In this document: positions 20,710 to 30,109 of the stretch, in pieces | Layout of the letters: the number at the start of each line of letters is the position of its first letter | Position numbering within the stretch: position 1 is the first letter of the stretch | Source: an uncultured Pseudobdellovibrionaceae bacterium | Lineage (GTDB): Bacteria; Bdellovibrionota; FAC87; UBA2466 | DNA length: 64,000 nucleotides | NCBI GenBank assembly: GCA_964603655.1 | Contig: CAZRVZ010000045.1 | Location: 790 to 64,789, forward strand | Reading direction: 5' to 3' | Program-made: the position numbers and the translations under genes | Notes under the pieces: model-generated | The model's database searches: none | What the model was told of the DNA's origin: nothing | The model's input: the letters and a program-made list of their open reading frames with translations, nothing else

Positions 20710-20915
20710 CTGGCTTCCTTTCGCTCATTACAATGATTTGGCACAATATACCAAAGGCCGGGTGCAAAGACCAATGGTGCCGGGCAAAAGCCCAGCACCA
20801 TTGTTTGGGGGGAAATGGGGCGGGGCTGCCAAAGGCATCCCCGGAAACAGTGTCTGCTAAAGGACGAGCGGAGTGTCTTTATGTGACACGCGTTCTCAGG
20901 TATTAAATAGGGTGA

Positions 20916-21293
20916 ATGGAAGATGATGAATTAAGGTTACTCCGGGTATATAAGGACCGCCTCAAAGACCGACGCCAACTGCGCTTCAGACGCAAGTTCA
21001 GGGATGATATCCCCGAACACCTTTCCAGAATAATCAAACAGTTTTTCCGGCAAACACCGGAAAGCGCCCAGCAGATGAGCCATTCGCAGATCCTAATCGC
21101 CTGGCCACGTATCGTGGGTGAAGCCATCGCCCGCCATTCATCCGCCAGGCGGATTCAAGGAGAAAGGCTTTTCGTCCACGTGCTAGATCCCCTCTGGCGA
21201 CAGGAACTGGCGTTTCAAAAAAGCACTCTTCTAAAGCGCTTGCGCGATGAATTTCCCCAGGTTCGCATTCGGGATATTTTTTTTACAGCATAA
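20916..21293 (+). CDS. DUF721/DciA-like protein
   Basis: ILIAWPRIVGEAIARHSSARRIQGERLFVHVLDPLWRQELAFQKSTLLKRL matches the DUF721 (DciA) core. Confidence 0.55.
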   Translation: MEDDELRLLRVYKDRLKDRRQLRFRRKFRDDIPEHLSRIIKQFFRQTPESAQQMSHSQILIAWPRIVGEAIARHSSARRIQGERLFVHVLDPLWRQELAFQKSTLLKRLRDEFPQVRIRDIFFTA

Positions 21294-21316
21294 GGACTAT
21301 TTTAAACGCCTCGCTC

Positions 21317-21751
21317 TCACAACCCTGTACTGCCAAAGCCCCCGGCACCCCGCGCCGTATCGCCAAGCCCCTTTGAGTCCAACCAATCGATGTGCTCGGT
21401 TCGGGAAAGCACCAATTGCGCAATCCGCATTCCATGCTCCAATACAACGTCGGTTTCACTTAAATTAACCAGCAGCACACGAATCTCTCCCCGATAGTCG
21501 CTGTCAATAGTTCCGGGAGCGTTGATCACCGTCAGCCCGTGTTTTATCGCCAGACCGCTCCGAGGCCGAATCTGGATTTCAAATCCCCTGGGAATCTCAA
21601 ACGCCAGGCCGGTAGGAATCGCCTGCCGGTGCATTGGCTTTAACGTGACAGGTGCCTCGAGACAGGCGCAGATATCACACCCGCTTGCAAATTCAGTTTG
21701 GTAAACTGGAATCGCCGCTCGCTCATGAATTCGCATAATTCGCACAATCAT
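21317..21751 (-). CDS. dut: dUTP diphosphatase
   Basis: Conserved dUTPase motifs (AIPTGLAFEIPRGFE; GTIDSDYRGEIRVLLVN; IAQLVL). Confidence 0.85.
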   Translation of the reverse strand: MIVRIMRIHERAAIPVYQTEFASGCDICACLEAPVTLKPMHRQAIPTGLAFEIPRGFEIQIRPRSGLAIKHGLTVINAPGTIDSDYRGEIRVLLVNLSETDVVLEHGMRIAQLVLSRTEHIDWLDSKGLGDTARGAGGFGSTGL

Positions 21752-21764
21752 AACGCCTCCATAT

Positions 21765-23051
21765 TCATAAAACTCTCAGGGCCTGCGCGGAAATGTTCCG
21801 ACGCCCCATTGTTAAAACACTTTCCTTCTTTTTTTGAAAAATGTGTCCGGCCATTCGCTCAACTCCGTCTGACGTCACCCGGTCGACAGCATCAATCACC
21901 TCGCCGACGCCCAAGTACCTGCCAAAAATCAATTGATTGCGACCCAGAGACTCCTGCCTGCTATCCATAAACTCCGAGGACAGAAGAATCGATCCACGAA
22001 TTTGCCCCTTGACGCGATCCAAGTCCTTTTCTGCAATCGCTTGAGTTCTGAGACGTTCCAACTCCCGTGCGACTATATTTAGATATGACTTCACCGACTT
22101 GGGTTCCAGCGCTGCATAAATGGAAAGTACCCCGCTCTCGGTAAACGGCATCAGTTCTGCCTCAACGGAATAGGCCAAACCTTTCTTTTCCCTTACCTCC
22201 TGAAAAAGTCGACTACCCATTCCACCGCCGAGGTAGACGCAGAGAACGAGAGCATCGTAACGATCCTCGTCCCTGAGGCCCAGAGCTTCGTAACCAATCA
22301 GCAGGTGTTGCTGCTCGATATCAGCGACTACGCTCCGCCTTGCGGCGCGAAACCTCGACGGCAATCGTGCTCCTGGAAATGTACGCTGTCCCGACCTGTC
22401 CTCACCCAAATGACGAAGCGCGAAACTCTCTAGACTCTTCAAATCATAATTTCCAGCGATGGCCAATACCATCTTTTCCGGACAATAGTTGTCCGAGTGA
22501 AACTGGGCCAATTTAGACAACTTAATTTTTGAGATGGTTTTTTTGGACCCAATCACCGGTTGACCGAGTGGCTCCCCTTTCCAAACCATCGAGGCAAAGA
22601 GATCAAAGACCCGCTCGTCAGGTGCATCCTCAAGCATTGCAAGTTCCTGTAACAACACCCGGCGCTCCCGATCGAAATCCGTCTTTTCAAATGCAGGACT
22701 CAGTGCCAGATCAGCCAGAACCTCGACCGCGAGTTCCAAATCATCCTTCAGAACCGTAGCGTGAAAACAGGTGAACTCTCGGTCCGTAAATGCATTCAGG
22801 TCCCCTCCACGGGACTCCAAAACGGTCGCGATCTCCTCAGCTGTTCGCCTCTTGGTCCCCTTAAAAACCATGTGTTCGATGAAATGGCTGGCGCCATTTT
22901 CGTTCGGGTCCTCGTACGAACTCCCCAGCCGAACCCACAGTCCTACAGAAACGCTGCGTGCGTAAGAGTGCCGTTCAGCAACAACCCGCAATCCGTTATC
23001 CAAACTAAAATGGTGATATTCCCCGAATTGATAACGTTTATTCTTCGTCAT
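21765..23051 (-). CDS. M16-family zinc peptidase (insulinase/PqqL-like)
   Basis: Inverted zinc motif HFIEHMVFKGT. N-terminus MTKNKRYQFGEYHHFSLDNGLRVV. The start ATG is embedded in the pnp stop (GATGACGAAGAATAA). The longer listed 711-aa ORF is a read-through of the pnp repeat region. Confidence 0.7.
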   Translation of the reverse strand: MTKNKRYQFGEYHHFSLDNGLRVVAERHSYARSVSVGLWVRLGSSYEDPNENGASHFIEHMVFKGTKRRTAEEIATVLESRGGDLNAFTDREFTCFHATVLKDDLELAVEVLADLALSPAFEKTDFDRERRVLLQELAMLEDAPDERVFDLFASMVWKGEPLGQPVIGSKKTISKIKLSKLAQFHSDNYCPEKMVLAIAGNYDLKSLESFALRHLGEDRSGQRTFPGARLPSRFRAARRSVVADIEQQHLLIGYEALGLRDEDRYDALVLCVYLGGGMGSRLFQEVREKKGLAYSVEAELMPFTESGVLSIYAALEPKSVKSYLNIVARELERLRTQAIAEKDLDRVKGQIRGSILLSSEFMDSRQESLGRNQLIFGRYLGVGEVIDAVDRVTSDGVERMAGHIFQKKKESVLTMGRRNISAQALRVL

Positions 23052-26046
23052 CACGTTGGTAACGGGGCGGAGCGTAGGGCGCGTCATCCTCGTTCCATTG
23101 TGGCGAACGCCCGCCTCTATCGGCAGCGCCTCGATCAGCACCACCTCTATCGGCAGCGCCTCGATCAGCACCACCTCTATCGGCACCGCCTCGATCAGCA
23201 CCACCTCTATCGGCACCGCCTCTATCGGCACCGCCTCTATCGGCAGCGCCTCGATCAGCACCGCCTCTATCGGCAGCGCCTCGATCAGCACCACCCCTAT
23301 CGGCAGCGCCTCTATCAGCACCCCCTCTATCAGCACCCCCTCTATCGGCACCACCTCGACCAAATCTATCGTTTGCGTTGCGATCCCGAGTCTGGCCTTC
23401 TCGCGGTCGATAGTCGCGCGGCTGATAATCCCCTCGATCCGGACGATCTCGCCTCGGTCCGCGATTTCCACGGTCGCTTCCGCCTCGGTCTTGATAATTG
23501 CGGTCGTTGAAGTTCGGTTCAGTACCGAAACGGTCCTCTCCACCACGTCCTGTACCTGTACCTCTATACGGTGCGGGCCCCCGTTCACCCCAAGCTGCTC
23601 GACCGGGACCACCGCGTCCCTCACTACGCGGACCGGCATCCCGATGTCCGCCACCACCTTCGCGATACCCACCTCGTCCTGCACCCTCGCGAGGACCATC
23701 AGACCGTGGTCCACTACTCGGCCGTCGGGAATCCCGACGCGGTCCACCGTCTTGTCGGTCTCTATTAGAAATTCGGCGAGCCTCTCGCAAAGGTCGGTCC
23801 TCGGGATCCCGAACGAGAGAGCTGTTATCCATTTCGGTTTCCGAATCTGCAAAATAATCGCCCGGTGCCGTCGGCTTAATTTCGGTGGATGCCGCAGCAT
23901 TGGGGTCTGCTTGTGTAGGAGTCGGCACAGCCGGTGCCATTGCAGCTCCCTCCCTAAGGAGAGCCTTGCGGGAAAGCCTCATCTTGCCACTGGACTCCAC
24001 CTCAAGACACTTCACGCGAACGGTATCTCCAATTTGAACCACGTCCTCGACTCGCCTAACCCGTTGAAGGTCCAACTCGGAAATATGGCATAACCCTTCC
24101 GTTCCCGGAATAATTTCAATAAAGGCACCGAAATCAGCAATTCGCGTAACCTTACCTTCATAAATCCGACCAGCCTCCGGCTCCTCCACGATTCGCTTGA
24201 TAATTTCAATCGCCTTTTGAGCGCTCGCATCGTCGACTGAAGCGATATGAACACTCCCATCGTCCTCGATATCGATCTTAACGCCCGTCTGCTCGATGAT
24301 CCCGCGAATAACCTTTCCTCCACTGCCGATCACCTCTCGAACCTTATCCGGCTTAACCTTGATGGTGTAAATTCGAGGTGCATAGGCTGAGACACTTTCG
24401 CGCGCCTTTTCGATCACCTTACTCATCTCTCCCAGAATATGGAGACGGCCTTCGCGAGCCTGTTCGAGCGCCTGTTCCATGATGACACGGCTCACTCCAC
24501 CAATTTTCAAATCCATCTGAAATGCGGTAACTCCATCGGCGGTGCCGCATACCTTGAAATCCATATCTCCCAAATGATCCTCATCACCCAGAATGTCGGA
24601 GAGAATGGCGACCCGTTCACCTTCCTTAATGAGTCCCATAGCGACTCCCGCGACCGGTTTCGCAACCGGAACGCCCGCATCCATCAGCGCCATTGAACCA
24701 CTGCAAACTGTCGCCATTGACGACGATCCATTGGACTCAAGCACTTCGGAGACGATTCTCACCGTGTACGGAAATTGCTCTTTGGGCGGCATGATGAAGG
24801 TCAACGCTCGTTCGGCCAAAAAACCGTGGCCGATTTCTCGTCTTCCCGGACCCCGAAGCGGTCTGGCCTCTCCCACGGAGAAAGGAGGAAAGTTGTAATG
24901 GAGCATGAACGCCTTTTGATAAATCCCAGTAATTGAATCGATTTTTTGTTCGTCATCGGCGGTTCCCAATGTCACCGTTGACAACACTTGAGTCTCACCG
25001 CGGGTAAACAGCGCCGAACCATGCACTCGCGGCAGCAGGCCGGTCTCGCAACTGATCGATCGGATCTCATTGTAAGGGCGACCATCGATGCGAGTCTTGG
25101 TGTTTAACGTGTGCTCGCGTGCATAAGTCGCCTTGAGTTCCTCAATGTAAATGGGCACCATTTTATTACGCGTTTCGTCCGCATCCGTTTTTGGCTCCTC
25201 AATTAGGAATTTTTCTTTCGCATTCGACTTAACCTTATCTAGCGCCTCATAACGGGCCAGTTTTTCACGAATCGCAAACGCAGACTTAAAGCCCGACAAA
25301 AGGGCCTTGCGCATATCGGTCTTAAGGGCCTCGTCACGCTTAGGGTGCTCATAGGCCCGTTTTTCCCGTCCAACCTTTGCCTTCAACTCGTCCTGCATGT
25401 CAAAAATGGCCTGCATCTGCTCATGTGCAAAATAGATGGCATCATTAAGAAGTTTTTCATTTACCTCTTTTGAACTCCCTTCGACCATCACGATTCCCGA
25501 TCGCCCTCCAGAGACCAGGAGATCCAAGGAACTATTGGCCTGGTCGGCTGGCGAAAAATTCATCACCATTTCGCCATTGATATGCCCAACACGTCCGCAA
25601 GCAATAGGCCCGGCCCAGGGTATATCGGAGATATGAAGCGCACAGGATGCACCAATGGATGCTAAAAGATCCGGCTCATTCACTCCGTCATTTGACAACA
25701 CAGTTGCAACGACGTTGGTCTCAAACATGTAATCTTCGGGAAACAAGGGCCGAATGGGTCGGTCGATGATTCGAGCGGAGAGAGTTGCTCGGTCCGATGG
25801 TCTCGCTTCCCTCTTAAAAAACCCGCCTGGAATGCGCCCGGCCGAATAATATTTTTCCTGGTAATCCACCGTCAACGGGAAGAATTCCTGATTTTCCTTT
25901 AATTTCTTACTCGATACCACGGTGACCAAGACCATCGTGTCGCCGTAACGACAAAGAACGCTTGCATCCGTCTGTTTAGCCATTTTTCCGGTTTGTAATG
26001 TTAAAGTCCGGCCACTGATATTTGCACTAACTTCTACGACTGACAT
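23038..26046 (-). CDS. pnp: polynucleotide phosphorylase with about 290-aa C-terminal Arg/Gly/Asp-rich repeat tail
   Basis: Complete PNPase core: two RNase PH domains, KH, and S1 ending in GKMRLSRKALL. An in-frame 1002-aa ORF continues through RG-rich low complexity and 16 GGADR/GAADR pentapeptides. Confidence 0.9.
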   Translation of the reverse strand: MSVVEVSANISGRTLTLQTGKMAKQTDASVLCRYGDTMVLVTVVSSKKLKENQEFFPLTVDYQEKYYSAGRIPGGFFKREARPSDRATLSARIIDRPIRPLFPEDYMFETNVVATVLSNDGVNEPDLLASIGASCALHISDIPWAGPIACGRVGHINGEMVMNFSPADQANSSLDLLVSGGRSGIVMVEGSSKEVNEKLLNDAIYFAHEQMQAIFDMQDELKAKVGREKRAYEHPKRDEALKTDMRKALLSGFKSAFAIREKLARYEALDKVKSNAKEKFLIEEPKTDADETRNKMVPIYIEELKATYAREHTLNTKTRIDGRPYNEIRSISCETGLLPRVHGSALFTRGETQVLSTVTLGTADDEQKIDSITGIYQKAFMLHYNFPPFSVGEARPLRGPGRREIGHGFLAERALTFIMPPKEQFPYTVRIVSEVLESNGSSSMATVCSGSMALMDAGVPVAKPVAGVAMGLIKEGERVAILSDILGDEDHLGDMDFKVCGTADGVTAFQMDLKIGGVSRVIMEQALEQAREGRLHILGEMSKVIEKARESVSAYAPRIYTIKVKPDKVREVIGSGGKVIRGIIEQTGVKIDIEDDGSVHIASVDDASAQKAIEIIKRIVEEPEAGRIYEGKVTRIADFGAFIEIIPGTEGLCHISELDLQRVRRVEDVVQIGDTVRVKCLEVESSGKMRLSRKALLREGAAMAPAVPTPTQADPNAAASTEIKPTAPGDYFADSETEMDNSSLVRDPEDRPLREARRISNRDRQDGGPRRDSRRPSSGPRSDGPREGAGRGGYREGGGGHRDAGPRSEGRGGPGRAAWGERGPAPYRGTGTGRGGEDRFGTEPNFNDRNYQDRGGSDRGNRGPRRDRPDRGDYQPRDYRPREGQTRDRNANDRFGRGGADRGGADRGGADRGAADRGGADRGAADRGGADRGAADRGGADRGGADRGGADRGGADRGGADRGAADRGGADRGAADRGGRSPQWNEDDAPYAPPRYQRDDEE
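23103..23350. repeat. 15-bp tandem repeat array (about 16 units) inside the pnp 3' end
   Basis: Units of ggcagcgcctcgatc / agcaccacctctatc repeat head to tail. All three frames stay open, which produces the overlapping spurious ORFs. Confidence 0.85.
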
Positions 26047-26074
26047 AGTTTTCCTTTATTGTGAGTAAGGATGC

Positions 26075-26341
26075 TTACTTGCGGATACTAAGACGTTCAA
26101 TCAACGACTGGTAACGACCTGAGTCTAATTCCTTCAGATAATCCAACAGACTTCGCCTTCGGCCTACCATCTTGAGCAGTCCTCTTCGAGAATGGTGATC
26201 TTTAATGTGGGATTTAAAGTGCGGGGTCAATTCATTAATCTTTTGCGTCAGTAAGGCAACTTGAATCTCCACAGAACCCGTATCTCGTTCATGGACGCGA
26301 TAGCCGCTGATGACTTCGTTCTTTTTCTCCTTCGTAATCAA
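26075..26341 (-). CDS. rpsO: 30S ribosomal protein S15
   Basis: 88 aa, ...[48 protein letters not shown]. Confidence 0.9.
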   Translation of the reverse strand: MITKEKKNEVISGYRVHERDTGSVEIQVALLTQKINELTPHFKSHIKDHHSRRGLLKMVGRRRSLLDYLKELDSGRYQSLIERLSIRK

Positions 26342-26437
26342 TTCACACCCTTTTGTATTATCAATTAGTTAAGTGCCTCTAATATCACCGCTTTTGAGGT
26401 TCGGCAACCCCAGAAACCAAGTTTAACAAAGAACCTG

Positions 26438-27196
26438 TTAGGAATTCTTATACCCGGCCGCATTGCACGCCCTGAGATACCGAACGTAGTTCCCATAACC
26501 CTTTTCTAGATTCTCCTCGACGCTTTCCGAGAAATGGGAAAGCGTCATGCTCTCATCGACCGAAAATCCACCACACATGAGCCGTCGCAATTCCACAAGA
26601 TGAGCGCGCGTGCCGAGTTTAGCGCCAATTTCCTGAGCAAGGCTCCGAACATACGTCCCTTTCGAACAGTGTACTTCGAAATCAACATAGGGGGATTCGA
26701 ACCCAAGCATGTCAATCCGGTACAGCTTGACCGGTATCGGACTCAATTTGACTCGGATGTCCTGACGCGCAAGTTCATACAGCCGCACGCCGTTAATTTT
26801 TTTAGCGCTAAATGCCGGCGGCACCTGCTCCCAAACCCCCTCAAACCCCTTGATTACCGAGGCAATCCGGTCTGACGACAGGTCCGGAATGGGCATTTTT
26901 TCAGTAACCTGACCGGTACGGTCCATTGTATCGGTGTTGGACCCGAGCTCAAGTCTTGCTCGGTACACTTTATCTGCGTCGAGAATAGACTGCGACAGCC
27001 GCGTGGCTCGTCCCAAAAGAAGCACCAGTACCCCAGTAGCAAACGGATCGAGACTCCCGGTGTGTCCTACCTTTTCACCACCCGCCAGGCGCCTTACTTC
27101 TCTTACAATGTCAAAACTCGTCGGCCCTGGAGTTTTATCAATAACTAGAAGTCCTTCACGCCTTCTAGAGTTTTCCTGATGATTGCTCAATCTCAC
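26438..27196 (-). CDS. truB: tRNA pseudouridine-55 synthase TruB
   Basis: GHTGSLDPFATGVLVLLLG catalytic motif. The start is probably GTG at 27196 or TTG at 27190, not the far-upstream ATG, which would overlap rbfA by 83 nt. Confidence 0.8.
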   Translation of the reverse strand: MRLSNHQENSRRREGLLVIDKTPGPTSFDIVREVRRLAGGEKVGHTGSLDPFATGVLVLLLGRATRLSQSILDADKVYRARLELGSNTDTMDRTGQVTEKMPIPDLSSDRIASVIKGFEGVWEQVPPAFSAKKINGVRLYELARQDIRVKLSPIPVKLYRIDMLGFESPYVDFEVHCSKGTYVRSLAQEIGAKLGTRAHLVELRRLMCGGFSVDESMTLSHFSESVEENLEKGYGNYVRYLRACNAAGYKNS

Positions 27197-27524
27197 TAAA
27201 TATTCCCATAATTCTTTGAACGCCAACTTCGTGCGTATCACAAACAAATCGCAGCTCCGGAAGCACTTTGAGATTTAATGCGTCGCTTAACTGACGCCGA
27301 ATAAAGCCTCTGGCCCTTTCCAGCCGCCTCAAAGCATCTTCTGGCACGCCGGCACTATCCACGGAACCCAAAAACACCCTGGCAACCTTTAGATCGCTGC
27401 TTAAATCGACCTCGTTCACCCGCAATCGTTGCAATGCTGGGTCTTCAATTTTTTCAGCGAGTAGCCGCACCAACTCGGAATGGATCACGCGCGCAACGCG
27501 CTTCGGCCTTCTGACATCGCTCAT
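27165..27524 (-). CDS. rbfA: ribosome-binding factor A
   Basis: [22 protein letters not shown]...VNEVDLSSDLKVARVF. Confidence 0.85.
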   Translation of the reverse strand: MSDVRRPKRVARVIHSELVRLLAEKIEDPALQRLRVNEVDLSSDLKVARVFLGSVDSAGVPEDALRRLERARGFIRRQLSDALNLKVLPELRFVCDTHEVGVQRIMGIFSEIEQSSGKL

Positions 27525-30106
27525 AGACTCCGTTTTACCTCTTCTTTGACAAAAACTTCGAACTGATCACCCATTTTTACATCGTTAAAGTTCTCAAGTC
27601 CAATGCCGCACTCAAACCCCTGAGCCACTTCCCGCACATCTTCCTTAAACCGCTTCAGGCTTGAAAGTTTTCCTTCATAAACCACCCGGCTGTCCCGGAG
27701 AAGTCTCAAAAACGATCCTCGAATTACCTTTCCGTCTAATACCGCGCTCCCCGCAATCGTACCAAACTTGGTAATATGGAAAACGCTTCGTACCTCGGCA
27801 CGACCAATCACCTTCTCGTGCGTCTCAGTCCCTAACATCCCCTCCAGGAATTTTTTCAGATCGTCGAGCATGTCATAGATAATGGAATATGACTTTATCT
27901 GTACCTTTTCAGCGTCAGCCAAATGCTGCGCCTTTAGATCCGGACGAACATTAAAACCAACAATGATTGCGCCACTCGCGGCCGCCAGCATTACGTCGGT
28001 CTCAGTAATTCCCCCGGTACCGGAATGCAGGAGTTTAGCCTTGACCTGATCCCGAGGTAACTTGCCAATTGCCTCGCGCAGGGCCTCCGTGGATCCCTGT
28101 ACGTCGGCCTTAACAATAATCCGCAACTCCTTTTCCTCGGTAACCGCGGCCAGAATTTGTTCCAGTGTCGCCTTGGGACGCGCCTCTGTGTTCTTTTCCC
28201 TGAGTTTGATGCTGCGTTGATCGATAAGTTCTCGGGCACGTCGGTCATCGGCGACTACATTAATCTCATCTCCGACATTGGGAACACTCGAAAGTCCCAT
28301 TACCTCAACACTCGTACTGGGATGAGCCTCATCCAGCTTTGCCCCCGTGGAATCGGTCATGCCTCGAATTTTTCCAATGCTCAGGCCGCAAACCACCGTA
28401 TCACCGCGCTTCAGAAGTCCCTGCTGCACCAGTACAGTTGCAATCGGCCCACGCGCCTTATCCAGACGAGATTCAATAATTGTTCCTTTAGAGGGCGCTG
28501 TTAGGCTCGCCTTGAGCTCCAACATCTCCGCCTGAAGCAGGACATTTTCCAGAAGAGTATCGACCCCCTTTCGGGTCTTGGCTGAGACGTTCACATAGAT
28601 CGTATCGCCGCCCCACTCCTCAGGGTTCAATCCGTGCCCAGCGAGTGTCTGCTTAATCCGATCGGGATTGGCATCGGGAAGATCCGTTTTATTGATCGCA
28701 ACAAGGATCGGCACGTTGGCTGCTTTGGCGTGGTCCACTGACTCCAACGTCTGTGGCATAACCCCGTCCACCGCCGAAACCACCAGGATAACCAAATCAG
28801 TAACCTTTGCGCCCCTGGCCCGCATTGCGGTAAATGCTTCGTGACCTGGGGTATCTATAAAAGTAATTCGCCCCTTTGCTAAGGTAACCGTGTAGGCACC
28901 GATGTGCTGAGTAATTCCGCCAGCCTCACCGGCAGCCACGTCCGTCTTTCGAATGGCATCGAGCAACGAGGTTTTACCGTGGTCCACATGCCCCATTACG
29001 GTAACGACCGGGGGTCGACTCTCACCCAAACTGGTCTCAGCAATTTGCTGCGGCAAAAAATCACTCTCCTTGAATATGAACTGCTTCACCTCAAAGCCAT
29101 ATTCATGAGCACAAAGTACAGTGGTGTCATGGTCTAAGGTTTCATGAATCGTGGCTGTAACACCCATCGTAAGCAGTTTAGCCATGGCTGCTTTTGCTTT
29201 AATCCCCAAGGCCTTAGCCAAATCAGCCACGGAGATCCGCTCTCCCATTTCGATGACTCGCTTATGCTCAGCGGGGGTAGTAATCAACGTCTTTTGAACC
29301 GGTCGATTCAACCCGGTTTTCTTCTTTTTTGTGGCATGAATTAGCTCTCGTTTTAGATAATCCGCACTCCGAAAAACCTTATCGTTTCGCTGCAACCCAC
29401 GCTTTTTTCCATCTTTGGAAGAATCCACCGCACTGACGCTGGCGATTTCAACTTCTTTTAGCCGCTTCGGCCCTCCCTTGGCTTTATCGTTAGCGGATGC
29501 CTCCGCAGGTTTGGCCGCCTTAGCAATCTCTACTTTCTTCTCGGGCTTAGGCCCAACCACCTCGCCCAAGTACTGCTCGGTCCCAACCTTTTTAATGATG
29601 GAACGAAACGATTTGCGTTTTATATCCGCAGATTGTAATCCGGCCGGGAGTTGTTCGACCTCACCCTCAACAAGTGGCATTGGCGACTCCGACGAGCCGT
29701 CTTCTACTGCCAGAATAGTTGTTTCAGCGACCGACGGGGCGTCTGTTACTAACGAATCATCCACCAGCTCGGTTTCCATATCAACTGGTCGGCCCGCCTC
29801 CGGAGCTGGCTGGTCCACCTCGGCACCAGCTTTTGCCCGTCGCCGGATGACAGATGTTCCAACACGTTTCTCGGTCACCGATGGCTTTGCGTTTGCCAAC
29901 GGCTTTACGTTGACGGGAGCACCGGCACCCTTGCCGAACGGCCGATTCTTTCTAAAATACTCACGAATGGTGCGCACCTCCTCGCTGCCCAATACATTCA
30001 TCGGGTTCTTTACGTCGACCCCCAGGCGTTGAATGACATCAACCATCTGCTGGTTTTCTATCCCCAGTTCCTTTGCCAGTTCATATACCTTCAGTTTAAT
30101 TGCCAT
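27521..30106 (-). CDS. infB: translation initiation factor IF-2
   Basis: G domain [24 protein letters not shown]. Low-complexity N-terminal region. Confidence 0.9.
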   Translation of the reverse strand: MAIKLKVYELAKELGIENQQMVDVIQRLGVDVKNPMNVLGSEEVRTIREYFRKNRPFGKGAGAPVNVKPLANAKPSVTEKRVGTSVIRRRAKAGAEVDQPAPEAGRPVDMETELVDDSLVTDAPSVAETTILAVEDGSSESPMPLVEGEVEQLPAGLQSADIKRKSFRSIIKKVGTEQYLGEVVGPKPEKKVEIAKAAKPAEASANDKAKGGPKRLKEVEIASVSAVDSSKDGKKRGLQRNDKVFRSADYLKRELIHATKKKKTGLNRPVQKTLITTPAEHKRVIEMGERISVADLAKALGIKAKAAMAKLLTMGVTATIHETLDHDTTVLCAHEYGFEVKQFIFKESDFLPQQIAETSLGESRPPVVTVMGHVDHGKTSLLDAIRKTDVAAGEAGGITQHIGAYTVTLAKGRITFIDTPGHEAFTAMRARGAKVTDLVILVVSAVDGVMPQTLESVDHAKAANVPILVAINKTDLPDANPDRIKQTLAGHGLNPEEWGGDTIYVNVSAKTRKGVDTLLENVLLQAEMLELKASLTAPSKGTIIESRLDKARGPIATVLVQQGLLKRGDTVVCGLSIGKIRGMTDSTGAKLDEAHPSTSVEVMGLSSVPNVGDEINVVADDRRARELIDQRSIKLREKNTEARPKATLEQILAAVTEEKELRIIVKADVQGSTEALREAIGKLPRDQVKAKLLHSGTGGITETDVMLAAASGAIIVGFNVRPDLKAQHLADAEKVQIKSYSIIYDMLDDLKKFLEGMLGTETHEKVIGRAEVRSVFHITKFGTIAGSAVLDGKVIRGSFLRLLRDSRVVYEGKLSSLKRFKEDVREVAQGFECGIGLENFNDVKMGDQFEVFVKEEVKRSL

Positions 30107-30109
30107 CGG

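Noticed and set aside
23103-23350. Tandem direct repeats considered as a possible CRISPR array
   Set aside because: Units are 15 bp, contiguous and without spacers, and lie inside the pnp coding frame. This is a coding microsatellite, not CRISPR.
21765-23900. 711-aa ORF suggesting an M16 peptidase with a long N-terminal (EALPIE)n repeat domain
   Set aside because: Its upstream 283 codons are simply an alternative frame of the pnp C-terminal 15-bp repeat array, which is open in all frames. The conserved M16 N-terminus begins at the ATG overlapping the pnp stop at 23051.
26685-26710. tRNA T-arm-like sequence GGGTTCGAATCCCCC on the minus strand
   Set aside because: It lies inside the well-conserved truB coding region, where it encodes GFESPY. 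The flanking sequence cannot form acceptor or D arms.
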